Shown here: positions 9,114 to 18,409 of the stretch, one piece after another
Position numbering within the stretch: the stretch's first letter is position 1
How the letters are laid out: each line of letters opens with the position of its first letter
The notes under the pieces: generated by a model
Seen by the model: only the letters and a program-made list of their open reading frames with translations
The model's database searches: none
Told to the model about the DNA's origin: nothing
IMG/VR virus record: IMGVR_UViG_3300050343_000164
Coordinates: 1-53,887 of that record
Direction: 5' to 3' (one strand)
Origin: a virus
Lineage: Duplodnaviria; Caudoviricetes
DNA: 53,887 nt
Translations under genes and position numbers: made by a program

Positions 9114-9128
9114 ATTAGCGGGACTAAT
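9114..9128. promoter_or_regulatory. Palindromic operator-like site
   Basis: ATTAG CGGGA CTAAT, 7 bp before the primase ATG. Confidence 0.8.
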
Positions 9129-9135
9129 CTAAACT

Positions 9136-11634
9136 ATGAAGGTTACTTATCTTGGGGCCGCTAACGGCCTTAGACTGAGCAAACACTACGACGGTGAAAA
9201 TAAATTTACTCCTTACCCACATGTCAAAAAAGTAAACTCCTATCAGTATGACGTAGCGTCAATAGATGAGCTCTATAGCTCGGTTGTCGATAACGCAGCC
9301 ATTGGGAACTGTTTACTTAAAGGCAATCTAAAGCGAGAACTAGTAGAAGAAAGCCGTGCGGGCGCAAGCGACAAAGCATCGCCAAGCGGACTATTAGTTT
9401 TAGACTTTGACGGAATAAAGATTCCTGGCAGCAGCTTTGCACCTTACTGGAATATTGACAGTGACAAGTTCAAGCAAATAGCTGAAGCATTAATGAGATG
9501 CATGCCAGCTGAGTTGCAGAACGTAAGCTACATAGCACAAGCCTCATCAAGCATAGGCTTTAAGAACGACGCAATAAGCATGCATATAATTATGATGCTA
9601 GATGTACCGTTAGCTGCAAAAACAATCAAGCTTTGGCTGCAGCACGTCAACTACACGACTACGCTATTTGCAGATCAGTTAGAGCTAAGCGTTAACGGAC
9701 AGTCTCTAAAGTACCCGCTTGATATATCAGTAGCCGACAACAGCAAGCTTATCTTTATCGCGCCCCCAACCTTTACCGACAATAAGAACGATCCATTTAA
9801 CAGTGCGGACGATCGAATTGTATTAGTTAGCAAACAACACGATCAGCTGCAGCTTGCGTCGCTTGTTGCAAACCTTAGTCCTCAACAGGTCTATGAAAAA
9901 AGCCAAGTTATTAAGAACAAGCTGCGAGAAACTAGCGGGCTCAAAAAAGTTACTGAAAAAATTAAAGTAATGGACATCGATCGACAGCCGCAAGAAGTGC
10001 TATTAAACCCAGATCGAATGTCTATTGTGATTGCAGATACAACTAACACGCCGTACATCCGCTGCAACATAAACGGCGGAGACAGCAAAGCGTATTGGTT
10101 CAATCTTGATAACCCAATCTATATGCACAACTTTAAGGGCGAGCCGATATTTCTCATCGAACAAGCCGATAGCGATTTTTATCAGTCAATCTTTGACACG
10201 TTTGCTAGTGAGATGGAGAAAGAAGGCCGACCAGAGTATCCAGTTGTCTTTCGAGACTTCAATACCGACACGTATTGGAACGGGATTTATAACCCAAACA
10301 TCACTGAGTTTGAGGTGCTGAAGCCTACATCTCGACAATCAATTGAAGACTTTATGAGAACACACGGACGCCCTGCCCCAGACTTTGTGCCTGATGCAGA
10401 CATGTCGTTCGACCCAACAAACACAGGCCCAACAGTTGATCTCTCTACGATGCCTTATCGCATTAATACATTTAAACGCACAATGTATATGAACAACGCC
10501 ATCACACCAGAAGCTCCTATTGAGCTTGGCTACGTGACAACAATAGAAAACAAGTGCCCTACTATTTTCAAACTCATGCGACACATCCTCGGAGACGGAC
10601 AGCAAGAAGTAGAACGCTTCTTTAACTGGCTTGCTTATATCTACCAAACTAAAGAAAAAGCAAAAACTGCTTGGGTGTTAAGCGGAGTGCCTGGCACCGG
10701 GAAAGGCGTGTTTGCTTATCAAGTACTCCGTCCTTTATTTGGTGAAGAACAGGCTCCCGTTAAAACTCTAGAAAACCTTGAAGAGCAATTCAACTCATAC
10801 CTGCAGCGCGCACTAGTGTGTGTGGTAGATGAGTTTCATATGGCAAGCAGCACGGCTGCACAAAAGGTCGCAAACAAACTAAAGAATCAGATTACCGAGC
10901 CATCAGTAACAATACGTCGCATGCGATCAAATCAAGTTGAAGTCCCAAACTACACCAGCTTTATATTTTTAACGAACCATGTAGACGCAATTCGCATTGA
11001 ACCGGGCGATAGACGATACAACATCGCGCCTCGACAAGAAGAAAAACTGTTAGATAAGCATCCAGAAATAGTATCGGAATTTAAAAACATACCAAAAGAA
11101 TTGCTGCATTTCGCTGGCGCTTTAGAAACCTTTGCATACAACGAATCTCTTGTGCGAATGCCAGTAGACAACGAAGCAAAAAGACTTATGAAAACTGCAT
11201 CACTCAGCGTATTCGAGGAATTTTGCCAAGCGCTGCGCGAAGGATCTTTAGATTGGTTCAACGACGTATTAGATATACGCATCACAAATGTTATGAACTC
11301 AGGCGAAATTGACGCAGCACAACGCTTTGTTAAAAGCTGGGTGGCAGATGCTCACGCTAAAAACTACAGCATTATCCCCACTGACGCACTGCGAGTTGTA
11401 TTTAACGTACTGACTGAAGCGCGCCCGCCTCTGTCACCAATTGACTTTAAAAAGCGATTAACAAGAAACCGTGTGTCTGTGCAACGCAAGCGAGCAGCCG
11501 ACGCAGGCCGAGACGCGCACCCTATCCGAGGGGTAGTTGTAGACTGGAAGGCTAATCAGATGCAATTACAGTCGATTATTAAGGCTTATTTCACTAATGA
11601 AGACGATGCGCTCTTGCGTACCCGTGCTAATTAG
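9136..11634 (+). CDS. Primase-helicase (AEP-like N-terminus, SF3/DUF5906-type NTPase C-terminus)
   Basis: LLVLDFDG and MHII motifs; GVPGTGKG, VVDEF, FLTN, DRRY. Confidence 0.85.
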   Translation: MKVTYLGAANGLRLSKHYDGENKFTPYPHVKKVNSYQYDVASIDELYSSVVDNAAIGNCLLKGNLKRELVEESRAGASDKASPSGLLVLDFDGIKIPGSSFAPYWNIDSDKFKQIAEALMRCMPAELQNVSYIAQASSSIGFKNDAISMHIIMMLDVPLAAKTIKLWLQHVNYTTTLFADQLELSVNGQSLKYPLDISVADNSKLIFIAPPTFTDNKNDPFNSADDRIVLVSKQHDQLQLASLVANLSPQQVYEKSQVIKNKLRETSGLKKVTEKIKVMDIDRQPQEVLLNPDRMSIVIADTTNTPYIRCNINGGDSKAYWFNLDNPIYMHNFKGEPIFLIEQADSDFYQSIFDTFASEMEKEGRPEYPVVFRDFNTDTYWNGIYNPNITEFEVLKPTSRQSIEDFMRTHGRPAPDFVPDADMSFDPTNTGPTVDLSTMPYRINTFKRTMYMNNAITPEAPIELGYVTTIENKCPTIFKLMRHILGDGQQEVERFFNWLAYIYQTKEKAKTAWVLSGVPGTGKGVFAYQVLRPLFGEEQAPVKTLENLEEQFNSYLQRALVCVVDEFHMASSTAAQKVANKLKNQITEPSVTIRRMRSNQVEVPNYTSFIFLTNHVDAIRIEPGDRRYNIAPRQEEKLLDKHPEIVSEFKNIPKELLHFAGALETFAYNESLVRMPVDNEAKRLMKTASLSVFEEFCQALREGSLDWFNDVLDIRITNVMNSGEIDAAQRFVKSWVADAHAKNYSIIPTDALRVVFNVLTEARPPLSPIDFKKRLTRNRVSVQRKRAADAGRDAHPIRGVVVDWKANQMQLQSIIKAYFTNEDDALLRTRAN

Positions 11635-11644
11635 TTACACTAAT
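11630..11644. promoter_or_regulatory. Palindromic operator-like site
   Basis: ATTAG TTACA CTAAT spanning the primase stop codon. Confidence 0.8.
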
Positions 11645-11654
11645 ACCTGACATT

Positions 11655-12422
11655 ATGTCGGACTTCAATATGACCGTTGCCAAGACACAATCAACTCGCC
11701 CTGACGCTGACAAAATCATGTCAGACAAGCCACCATTAGGCCCTGTCCGTGCATGGTCATACTCAGCACTTAAAGTATTTGAAGAGTGCCCTCACCGCAC
11801 ATTTCTATCTCGTGTCAAAAAAATAAAAGAGCCCTCTAGCCCTGCTGCAGACCGAGGCACGCAAATACACCAAGAAGCCGAAGACTATGTAAACGGTACG
11901 TTAGGTGAATTCCCAAGTAACTTAGAAAAATTTAAAGACGACTTCGAAACTCTACGAGCATTGTTTGCTGAAGCAAAAGTAGAACTCGAAGGCGACTGGG
12001 CTTTCACAGAAGAATGGGAAATATGCGGTTGGATGGAGAGTAGAACATGGGCTCGCATCAAACTCGATGCTTTAGTAAGAGAAGACGAGCAAAGCGCACG
12101 AGTCATCGACTACAAAACTGGCAAGAAATGGGGCAATGAAATTGGTCACAGCCAGCAAGCTTTGCTTTATGCCATTGCTACTTTTGTCAGATACCCATCG
12201 ATTGAGTTTGTGCAAACCGAACTGTGGTACTTAGATAAAGGTGAAACAACCGTTAAAACCTTCACAAGAGCAGAAGCAACACAGTTTCTTCCTGGCTTCC
12301 ACGCTCGCGCTACTCGCATGACAAGTGAATTTAATTTTGAGCCGTCGCCCTCAAAATCAGCATGCCGATGGTGCTCCTATAGAAAAGGCGATAACCCCGA
12401 GTGTGAATGGGGTATTGGCTAA
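11655..12422 (+). CDS. PD-(D/E)XK exonuclease, Cas4/RecB-like with Fe-S staple
   Basis: WSYS..ECP, RGTQIH, KLDA, VIDYKTG, QALLY, CRWC...C. Confidence 0.9.
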   Translation: MSDFNMTVAKTQSTRPDADKIMSDKPPLGPVRAWSYSALKVFEECPHRTFLSRVKKIKEPSSPAADRGTQIHQEAEDYVNGTLGEFPSNLEKFKDDFETLRALFAEAKVELEGDWAFTEEWEICGWMESRTWARIKLDALVREDEQSARVIDYKTGKKWGNEIGHSQQALLYAIATFVRYPSIEFVQTELWYLDKGETTVKTFTRAEATQFLPGFHARATRMTSEFNFEPSPSKSACRWCSYRKGDNPECEWGIG

Positions 12423-12437
12423 CAACGGAGGTTAGCA

Positions 12438-13235
12438 ATGAAGCAACAATTATTAGCTGCGATTGCAGCAAGCTTACTAATATCTGGATGTGCGTCTTCG
12501 ACAACTCAATATTACGAAGCAGTACAAGCTGCTGCACAGGCAAACGCTGCTGCTTCACAAGCAAAATTTGATGCCTTAGCACAAATAGCAAGCGCTGGAG
12601 ACGGACAAGCAGCATCTGCTGCAGTAATGGCTCTTGCACTGACGCAAACGCCTGTTGTAACTCCCCAACCACAACAATCAGAAGCTTTGAAGTGGGCTTC
12701 GGTGCTCGCAACTCCCATAAGCTCGCTTGGTATGATGTGGTTACAAACTGATTCTGCTAACACGATGGCCGAATACAACGCAGAAGTTGACTTAGCACGC
12801 ATCTCTGCAGACTCAGTCAATCAACAAGCGCTATACGGCTCCTTTGTTTCGTCCAACCAGATCACTGGTGACGTTGCCACGGCTGGTATGACTGCGATGG
12901 GCAACGTGGACTACACCCCCTTCGTTAATGGCATGGTCTCGCTGGGTGAGGCTGGGCTTAATTCCAACGTCTCCATCGCCACGGTCGGTTTAAACACGGC
13001 TGGCGAGCTTGGTGTTACCGGCATGAACAACCTAACCAACTTAGGTGCCGCTGGGATGACGGCTATACAAACCGTGGGAACAGAGGGGTTTGACGCACTA
13101 AATGCCTCCACTGCCGCGTGGCTTAACTACTCCGCAACAAGGGATACGACCTTTGCGGGGATGATGGCTACTGAACAGAGCGGATGCGTTGTTACAGCAA
13201 ATGCTGAAGGTCAAATAGTAGTGACCTGCCCTTAG
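12438..13235 (+). CDS. Lipoprotein with 11-residue Gly repeats
   Basis: GGAGG RBS; signal peptide with lipobox LISG-C; repeats of LGxxG[LM][NT]. Confidence 0.85.
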   Translation: MKQQLLAAIAASLLISGCASSTTQYYEAVQAAAQANAAASQAKFDALAQIASAGDGQAASAAVMALALTQTPVVTPQPQQSEALKWASVLATPISSLGMMWLQTDSANTMAEYNAEVDLARISADSVNQQALYGSFVSSNQITGDVATAGMTAMGNVDYTPFVNGMVSLGEAGLNSNVSIATVGLNTAGELGVTGMNNLTNLGAAGMTAIQTVGTEGFDALNASTAAWLNYSATRDTTFAGMMATEQSGCVVTANAEGQIVVTCP

Positions 13236-13261
13236 CAATTACATATTCCTAAACAAACTGC

Positions 13262-13312
13262 AGACCCCCTGGGTCACTCCTATTGACCTCGCTTATGCGG
13301 GGTCTTTTTTTA
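13262..13312 (+). terminator. Branched rho-independent terminator
   Basis: AGACCCC...GGGGTCT followed by a T-run, enclosing two inner hairpins. Confidence 0.65.
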
Positions 13313-13324
13313 TCTGAGGTATTT

Positions 13325-13495
13325 ATGAAAAAACTAGTCAAAGCACTGCAATACATCGGCATAACTGGTCTCTCCTTTGTGCTTTTTTACAGTATCTATC
13401 TCATGTTTATAAGCGTTACCACTTTTGTATTACCAATCTTTTTTCTAATAGCGTTAGTCGTCGTTGTCGGTCTTCAACTAGAGAAAGAAGAATGA
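13325..13495 (+). CDS. Small two-TM membrane protein
   Basis: GAGGT RBS before the ATG at 13325; hydrophobic sequence. Confidence 0.7.
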   Translation: MKKLVKALQYIGITGLSFVLFYSIYLMFISVTTFVLPIFFLIALVVVVGLQLEKEE

Positions 13496-13707
13496 TTTGG
13501 CTATCTCGGTTAATTACAGCAATAGAAGTATTTCTTTTTATCAAAGCCATGCAAAAAAAGAGAGAGGCGCAATGCTCAACAGCAAAGGACGAGTCACCGA
13601 ATGCTTCTTCATCAGAGAAGACGGAACACACATCCAGTACGAGCTCGCAACAGACCCACCAGAAGCAGCCTTCTGGTCAACCTACAAGCTCAAGCCAGGA
13701 CATATAA
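13492..13707 (+). CDS. Possible small protein
   Basis: ATGA-coupled start, but the 3' two-thirds overlap the next ORF. Confidence 0.35.
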   Translation: MIWLSRLITAIEVFLFIKAMQKKREAQCSTAKDESPNASSSEKTEHTSSTSSQQTHQKQPSGQPTSSSQDI

Positions 13708-13889
13708 AAGTTGTTGGTAAATACGATCGAAAAATTAAAAGCGAACTAGCAAAGGAAATATGTAATGACATCAATCGCCGTGAAGCTAAAGTCACCAAGC
13801 AGCCGATCGAGAACAAGATACTTAAAAAGCGTCAAGCCGCCCGCGCTAAACATGCTAAAGCCGGGAAAAAACAACAAGAAGCTCGGTAA
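13572..13889 (+). CDS. Hypothetical basic protein
   Basis: GAGG RBS before MLNSKGRVTECFF; overlaps the next gene by 125 nt. Confidence 0.6.
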   Translation: MLNSKGRVTECFFIREDGTHIQYELATDPPEAAFWSTYKLKPGHIKVVGKYDRKIKSELAKEICNDINRREAKVTKQPIENKILKKRQAARAKHAKAGKKQQEAR

Positions 13890-14463
13890 CAAGATAACCA
13901 AAGGGAAATGGAAAGGTCACCCTATGTACTCACTGACCTTAGAAGAACGCAACTCTTGTCCGGCTCATTGCGAGCAATGGGATAACTGCTACGGCAACAA
14001 CATGCCGTTCGCGCTGCGCTATGACCATGCTCATCCAGACTTCTATCTAATGCTGGAGCAGCAGATAGCGTCTCTTGCCATGAAGCATGAAGCAGGTTTC
14101 GTGATTCGGCTGCATGTACTAGGTGACTTTCACAGCACGGAGTACGTTGGCTGGTGGCGCAGCATGCTTAAAAAATACAAACCATTACACATCTACGGCT
14201 ACACACATCAGAGATCTTTTTCTGAGACTGGTTACGCCATAGTAAAAATGAACCGTAAATACGAGGAGAAATGCCGTGTTCGCTTTTCAGATGATACTTC
14301 TACTTTTTTTAGCACGCGAGTCGTCAAAGGAAGACCTGATGACTACACCTTTGGCAGAACAGATACACCCTGCCCTGAGCAAGCAAAACGCTTAAATAGC
14401 TGCGCTGAATGCACTATTTGTTGGGAATCTCGCGACCAAAGGGTTGTATTTTTCGAGCACTAG
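13765..14463 (+). CDS. GP88-like Cys-rich (putative Fe-S) protein
   Basis: NKKLG, CPAHC...CYG, RLHVLGDF, YGYTH, CPEQ...CAECTICW. Confidence 0.75.
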   Translation: MTSIAVKLKSPSSRSRTRYLKSVKPPALNMLKPGKNNKKLGNKITKGKWKGHPMYSLTLEERNSCPAHCEQWDNCYGNNMPFALRYDHAHPDFYLMLEQQIASLAMKHEAGFVIRLHVLGDFHSTEYVGWWRSMLKKYKPLHIYGYTHQRSFSETGYAIVKMNRKYEEKCRVRFSDDTSTFFSTRVVKGRPDDYTFGRTDTPCPEQAKRLNSCAECTICWESRDQRVVFFEH

Positions 14464-14464
14464 T

Positions 14465-14479
14465 ATTAGTCTGGCTAAT
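14465..14479. promoter_or_regulatory. Palindromic operator-like site
   Basis: TATTAG TCTGG CTAATA, intergenic. Confidence 0.8.
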
Positions 14480-14500
14480 ACATAACCGTCAGGAGGACAC

Positions 14501-14665
14501 ATGCGGATCAAAGTCGAGCTTCACCTCGATGACTACGAATGGGATGGCCGCACTCTCCTTTTAAAACTAACTCCTGCTGACGAATACATCGATGGCGAAG
14601 ACCCTGACCCCGAAGAAGTCATTGTCGAAGTGCCTGAAAAAACATTGAAAGTAATTGGAAAATAA
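14501..14665 (+). CDS. Hypothetical acidic 54-aa protein (not in ORF track)
   Basis: Perfect AGGAGG RBS; MRIKVELHLDDYEWDGRTLLLKLTPADEYIDGEDPDPEEVIVEVPEKTLKVIGK. Confidence 0.75.
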   Translation: MRIKVELHLDDYEWDGRTLLLKLTPADEYIDGEDPDPEEVIVEVPEKTLKVIGK

Positions 14666-14681
14666 ACATGAGACATAAAAC

Positions 14682-16031
14682 ATGCAAAAGCCATTTGAGC
14701 ATCAAGACGCAACCACACAGTTCATCCTCAATAATCCCAGAGTTCTCGTCACAAGTGATCCAGGCACAGGCAAAACACGCTCTGTACTCGACGCTTACGC
14801 TAAACGGCGTGAAGGTAAGCTTCTCGTCATCGCACCCCTCAGTATCCTCGGAGCCAGCTGGGGAGACGACTGCACAAAGTTTCAGCCAAAGCTAAAGTAC
14901 ACGCTGGCATATGCTCGTAATCGTGCTCAAGCGTTCAAAGAAGACGTAGACATTGTCATTACAAATCATGACGCCGTTAAGTGGCTAGTTAAAAACGACC
15001 ATCTACTCGATGGTTTCGACACTCTATGTATTGACGAGTTTACTGCGTTCAAAAACAAAGACAGCCAGCGCAGCAAAGCTATGGCTAAGCTTGCTAATAA
15101 GTTCGAATACCGCATTGCAATGTCTGGCACACCAAATAGCAACACCATACTAGACATATGGCACCCCACTTTCCTTGTAGATGGTGGCGAGCGCTTAGGA
15201 CATCGCTTCTTTGCGTTCCGTAACGAAGTATGCAGCCCGGTATTCAATGGTTTCGCCAACATCTGGCAAGACAAACCTGAAGCCCAGGAGATGGTTGCTG
15301 CAGCTATTAAAGATATCAACGTGCGGTATCAGCTTGAGAAGTGTTTGGACATGCCAGAACAGTCAGTCCACACCATGCTCGTCGATCTGCCACCAAAGAT
15401 ACTAGAGCAATACAACACGCTAGCAGAGGACTCAGTGCTGTATACCGGCAAAGGCACAGTTAACGCTATCCATGCTGGTGCCAAGGTTAAAAAGCTCCTA
15501 CAGCTCTGTTCTGGCGCTGTTTACGATGACAATGGTGCAGCTCTCGTGGTGCATGATGCACGATACCAGCTAGTGCTTGACCTAATACAAGCACGCGACC
15601 ACTCGCTAGTTGCCTTCAACTGGCGGCATGAGCGCGAGAAGCTAACAGAGCTCGTTGACAAAGCTGGCATCAAGTACGCATTCATCGATGGCAGCACCCC
15701 AGCCAACAAACGCAAAGACATTGTTGACCATATGCAATCTGGTCAACTGCAAGTTGTGTTCGCGCACCCACAATCCGCCGGACACGGCCTCACTCTAACC
15801 CGAGCCACATCGGTTATCTGGGCGTCCCCCACTTACAACGCTGAGCACTACCAGCAATTTAATCGACGGATTTACCGTGCCGGTCAAACCAACAAGACCG
15901 AGGTTATCCAAATTGCAGCCCGCGATACCTGGGAGCCTGACGTTTACGAAAAACTGCAGACAAAGCTTGGGCGAATGGAAGACTTGCTAAACGTACTAAA
16001 CAGACTAAACGAACTAAGGAAAACAGCATGA
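14682..16031 (+). CDS. SNF2-family SF2 helicase
   Basis: PFEHQ, DPGTGKT, IDEF, MSGTP, GHGLTL, QFNRRIYRAGQ. Confidence 0.92.
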   Translation: MQKPFEHQDATTQFILNNPRVLVTSDPGTGKTRSVLDAYAKRREGKLLVIAPLSILGASWGDDCTKFQPKLKYTLAYARNRAQAFKEDVDIVITNHDAVKWLVKNDHLLDGFDTLCIDEFTAFKNKDSQRSKAMAKLANKFEYRIAMSGTPNSNTILDIWHPTFLVDGGERLGHRFFAFRNEVCSPVFNGFANIWQDKPEAQEMVAAAIKDINVRYQLEKCLDMPEQSVHTMLVDLPPKILEQYNTLAEDSVLYTGKGTVNAIHAGAKVKKLLQLCSGAVYDDNGAALVVHDARYQLVLDLIQARDHSLVAFNWRHEREKLTELVDKAGIKYAFIDGSTPANKRKDIVDHMQSGQLQVVFAHPQSAGHGLTLTRATSVIWASPTYNAEHYQQFNRRIYRAGQTNKTEVIQIAARDTWEPDVYEKLQTKLGRMEDLLNVLNRLNELRKTA

Positions 16032-16393
16032 ATTTAGGTGAACTCATTGAAGAGCGCGTCGCTAATAAAAAAGCCATAGACGAAATCAACACGCGCCTAA
16101 AAGAACTCAATCAAGAAAAAAGTGATTTGGACTACAAGCTCGTCTCAACGCTAGACGATACAGGTCAAATCAAAGCAGCCAACGACGCCGCATCCGTCTC
16201 CATCAAAGAAGAGACCGTGCCGACTGTCGTCGATTGGGACAAGTTTTTCGATTGGCTTAGTGAAACTAAGAACTTCGAAATTATGCAACGCCGTTTATCG
16301 AGTATCGCATGCAGAGAACTGTGGGCTTTAGGCGTTGATATACCTGGTGTGGAGCAACGCGATCTTCGCAAAATATTAATGCGAATTACTTAA
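16028..16393 (+). CDS. Hypothetical replication-module protein (coiled coil)
   Basis: ATGA coupling; PTVVDWDKF...QRRLS...IPGVE. Confidence 0.75.
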   Translation: MNLGELIEERVANKKAIDEINTRLKELNQEKSDLDYKLVSTLDDTGQIKAANDAASVSIKEETVPTVVDWDKFFDWLSETKNFEIMQRRLSSIACRELWALGVDIPGVEQRDLRKILMRIT

Positions 16394-16414
16394 TAGAAAA
16401 CAGGAAACTTAAAC

Positions 16415-17104
16415 ATGAACGATATGGCAATTATTTCAGACAAAATCCCAGCTCACCTCAAAGATACCTTTGAAGGTATTGGCCGTGGTAACGAGAATGT
16501 TGGCAACAACATCATTATCCCACAAGTCGTACAGATCCATCCCATGTCAAAAGTAGTGGCAGAAGGTGACGGTGACTGGCGACCAGGTGACTTCCGCAAC
16601 ATCGTCACTGGAGAGCGATTTGAGAAAGGGTTCACCTGTCTCAACATTACTGTCTTGTGTTACTGGACAGTAAAGCCCTCCTTCGGCGCGCAAGTCTCTG
16701 ACTATCGTGCGTACCATTTCGAGACGGAAGCGCAAGCTCACGAGCACCTAGCTAGCAACGAAGATGCTAACAAAGATAACTATGAGATCTTTGAGAATCA
16801 CGCGCATATGGTGCTTATGAAGGATGCCAAGACAGGCAAACTAGCTGAGCAGCCTGTCATGTTCCATCTAAACAAGAGCAAAGCTAAGATCTCTAAGCTC
16901 TGGAACACCAACCTTCGTAACATCGGCGGCGACCGTTTTGCCACTGTGTGGGACGTAAAGTCGGTGGTTGTAGCCTCTAAAGCAACAGGCGGCTCTGGAT
17001 ACCAAAACATCCAGATCGACAAAGCAGGCTGGGCTACAAAAGAGGACTACGAAAGCGCAATAGCTATTTACGAGCAGTATGCAAATACACCGTTTGATAA
17101 ATAA
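16415..17104 (+). CDS. Putative ssDNA-binding protein
   Basis: AGGA RBS; GRGNENV...IIPQV...KLWN pattern; position in the replication module. Confidence 0.5.
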   Translation: MNDMAIISDKIPAHLKDTFEGIGRGNENVGNNIIIPQVVQIHPMSKVVAEGDGDWRPGDFRNIVTGERFEKGFTCLNITVLCYWTVKPSFGAQVSDYRAYHFETEAQAHEHLASNEDANKDNYEIFENHAHMVLMKDAKTGKLAEQPVMFHLNKSKAKISKLWNTNLRNIGGDRFATVWDVKSVVVASKATGGSGYQNIQIDKAGWATKEDYESAIAIYEQYANTPFDK

Positions 17105-17110
17105 GCTTGT

Positions 17111-17527
17111 GTGAACGAGCACGGCTTCATAAAAGCCGTGCATCGGCACCTTCCAGCTGAACTGTATCGATGGAAAATCCATGATACATATACCGGCGGC
17201 GTTCCCGACGCTTACTATTGTGGACCCGCCGGTTCCCTATGGGTTGAGTACAAATACATCAAGCTTCCAAAGCGAGAAAGTACGATTGTCACTTATTGCA
17301 CGACAGAACAGCAACGTGTGTGGTTGACAAAGATGCAGAAGTACGGACAATTAACCACGCTAATAATTGGTTGGGATAAACACGCGACTCTTATTGATCC
17401 CCAGCTAATTAATAGTCCTCTCAATAGTGGCGAACTACAAAGACGAGGTATTACTTTTAAGGAAATCGCCCAGCAAATAGAAACAACATGTATGTCAGGA
17501 GGATATATACATGGGAACACTACCTAA
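17111..17527 (+). CDS. VRR-NUC / Holliday-junction-resolvase-like nuclease
   Basis: E..F, GVPD, WVEYK, QRVWL. Confidence 0.8.
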   Translation: MNEHGFIKAVHRHLPAELYRWKIHDTYTGGVPDAYYCGPAGSLWVEYKYIKLPKRESTIVTYCTTEQQRVWLTKMQKYGQLTTLIIGWDKHATLIDPQLINSPLNSGELQRRGITFKEIAQQIETTCMSGGYIHGNTT

Positions 17528-18098
17528 AGCCGTGATCAATCTCCGTAGAATTTGGGAGGCTAAAAAAGATCACTTAGAAGTAACGCAAGCCCAAGCTGCT
17601 CAAAAGCTAGGATGGACGCAAGGCGCATTTAGCCAATACCTTAATAACATAACTGATCTACATCCTGACGCCGTAGCAAAGCTAGCTAATTTCCTTGAGG
17701 TTGACCCACACGAAATCGACCCCGCGTTTAACCCAATAGAAGCTACTCGCTTTAAAGTCCCCATCCTCTACATCCATCCAAAAACACCAGCCAACTACTC
17801 AGAAGTTACGTATAGAAGACGAATAGTCGCAACCGTAGCTGAAGAAAACTACAAGGCAATCTGCGCTATTAGATTAGAAAAAGACCTGCGCCCCATAGGC
17901 TTCAAAGGCCAAATGACGCTGTGCTCAAATATGTTCAAACTAAAAACTCCCAGGCTAACGCCCGGTCGCGTACCAGAATTTTATATCATCAAACGTAAAA
18001 ATAGCGACCCGCTTGAAGTAGTAAAAATCAGTGAATGCCCACCTGACAAAGAGCTAGAAGCAAAGCTGCTGCCACTGCTTACTTACGTCATTAATTAA
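17511..18098 (+). CDS. XRE-family HTH regulator (repressor candidate)
   Basis: AGGAGG RBS; TQAQAAQKLGWTQGAFSQYLN...KLANFLEV is a CI-like HTH. Confidence 0.85.
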   Translation: MGTLPKAVINLRRIWEAKKDHLEVTQAQAAQKLGWTQGAFSQYLNNITDLHPDAVAKLANFLEVDPHEIDPAFNPIEATRFKVPILYIHPKTPANYSEVTYRRRIVATVAEENYKAICAIRLEKDLRPIGFKGQMTLCSNMFKLKTPRLTPGRVPEFYIIKRKNSDPLEVVKISECPPDKELEAKLLPLLTYVIN

Positions 18099-18104
18099 TT
18101 TTAA

Positions 18105-18164
18105 ATTACGACCGCTAATATGTTGCATTAGCAGATACCATGTATCATTATTAGCGGGTCTAAT
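18105..18164. promoter_or_regulatory. Tandem operator-like sites
   Basis: ATTAC GACCG CTAAT (18105), a half site ATTAG (18127) and ATTAG CGGGT CTAAT (18150), directly after the XRE gene. Confidence 0.8.
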
Positions 18165-18181
18165 GACTACATGAGGTAGCA

Positions 18182-18409
18182 ATGTCAGACGCAGTAGAAA
18201 ACCCTCCCCACTACAATACTGGAAGCATCGAATGCATTAAAGCAATCGAAGCTTCTATGTCCCCTATTGAATTCCAAGGCTATTGCAAAGGCAACTGCCT
18301 AAAATATCTTTGGCGCTACCAATATAAAAGCAAGCCCCTTGAAGACTTAAACAAAGCAAACTGGTATTTAAATAAACTCATAACCTCTACGACGGAGCAA
18401 CAAAAATGA
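18182..18409 (+). CDS. DUF3310-family protein
   Basis: DAVENPPHY..IECI...GNCLKYLWRY..K..EDLNKANWYL. Confidence 0.9.
   Translation: MSDAVENPPHYNTGSIECIKAIEASMSPIEFQGYCKGNCLKYLWRYQYKSKPLEDLNKANWYLNKLITSTTEQQK

Noticed and set aside
11655-12422. CRISPR-Cas system (Cas4-like gene)
   Set aside because: No repeat-spacer array or other cas genes were seen. Solo Cas4/RecB-like nucleases are common in phage replication modules.
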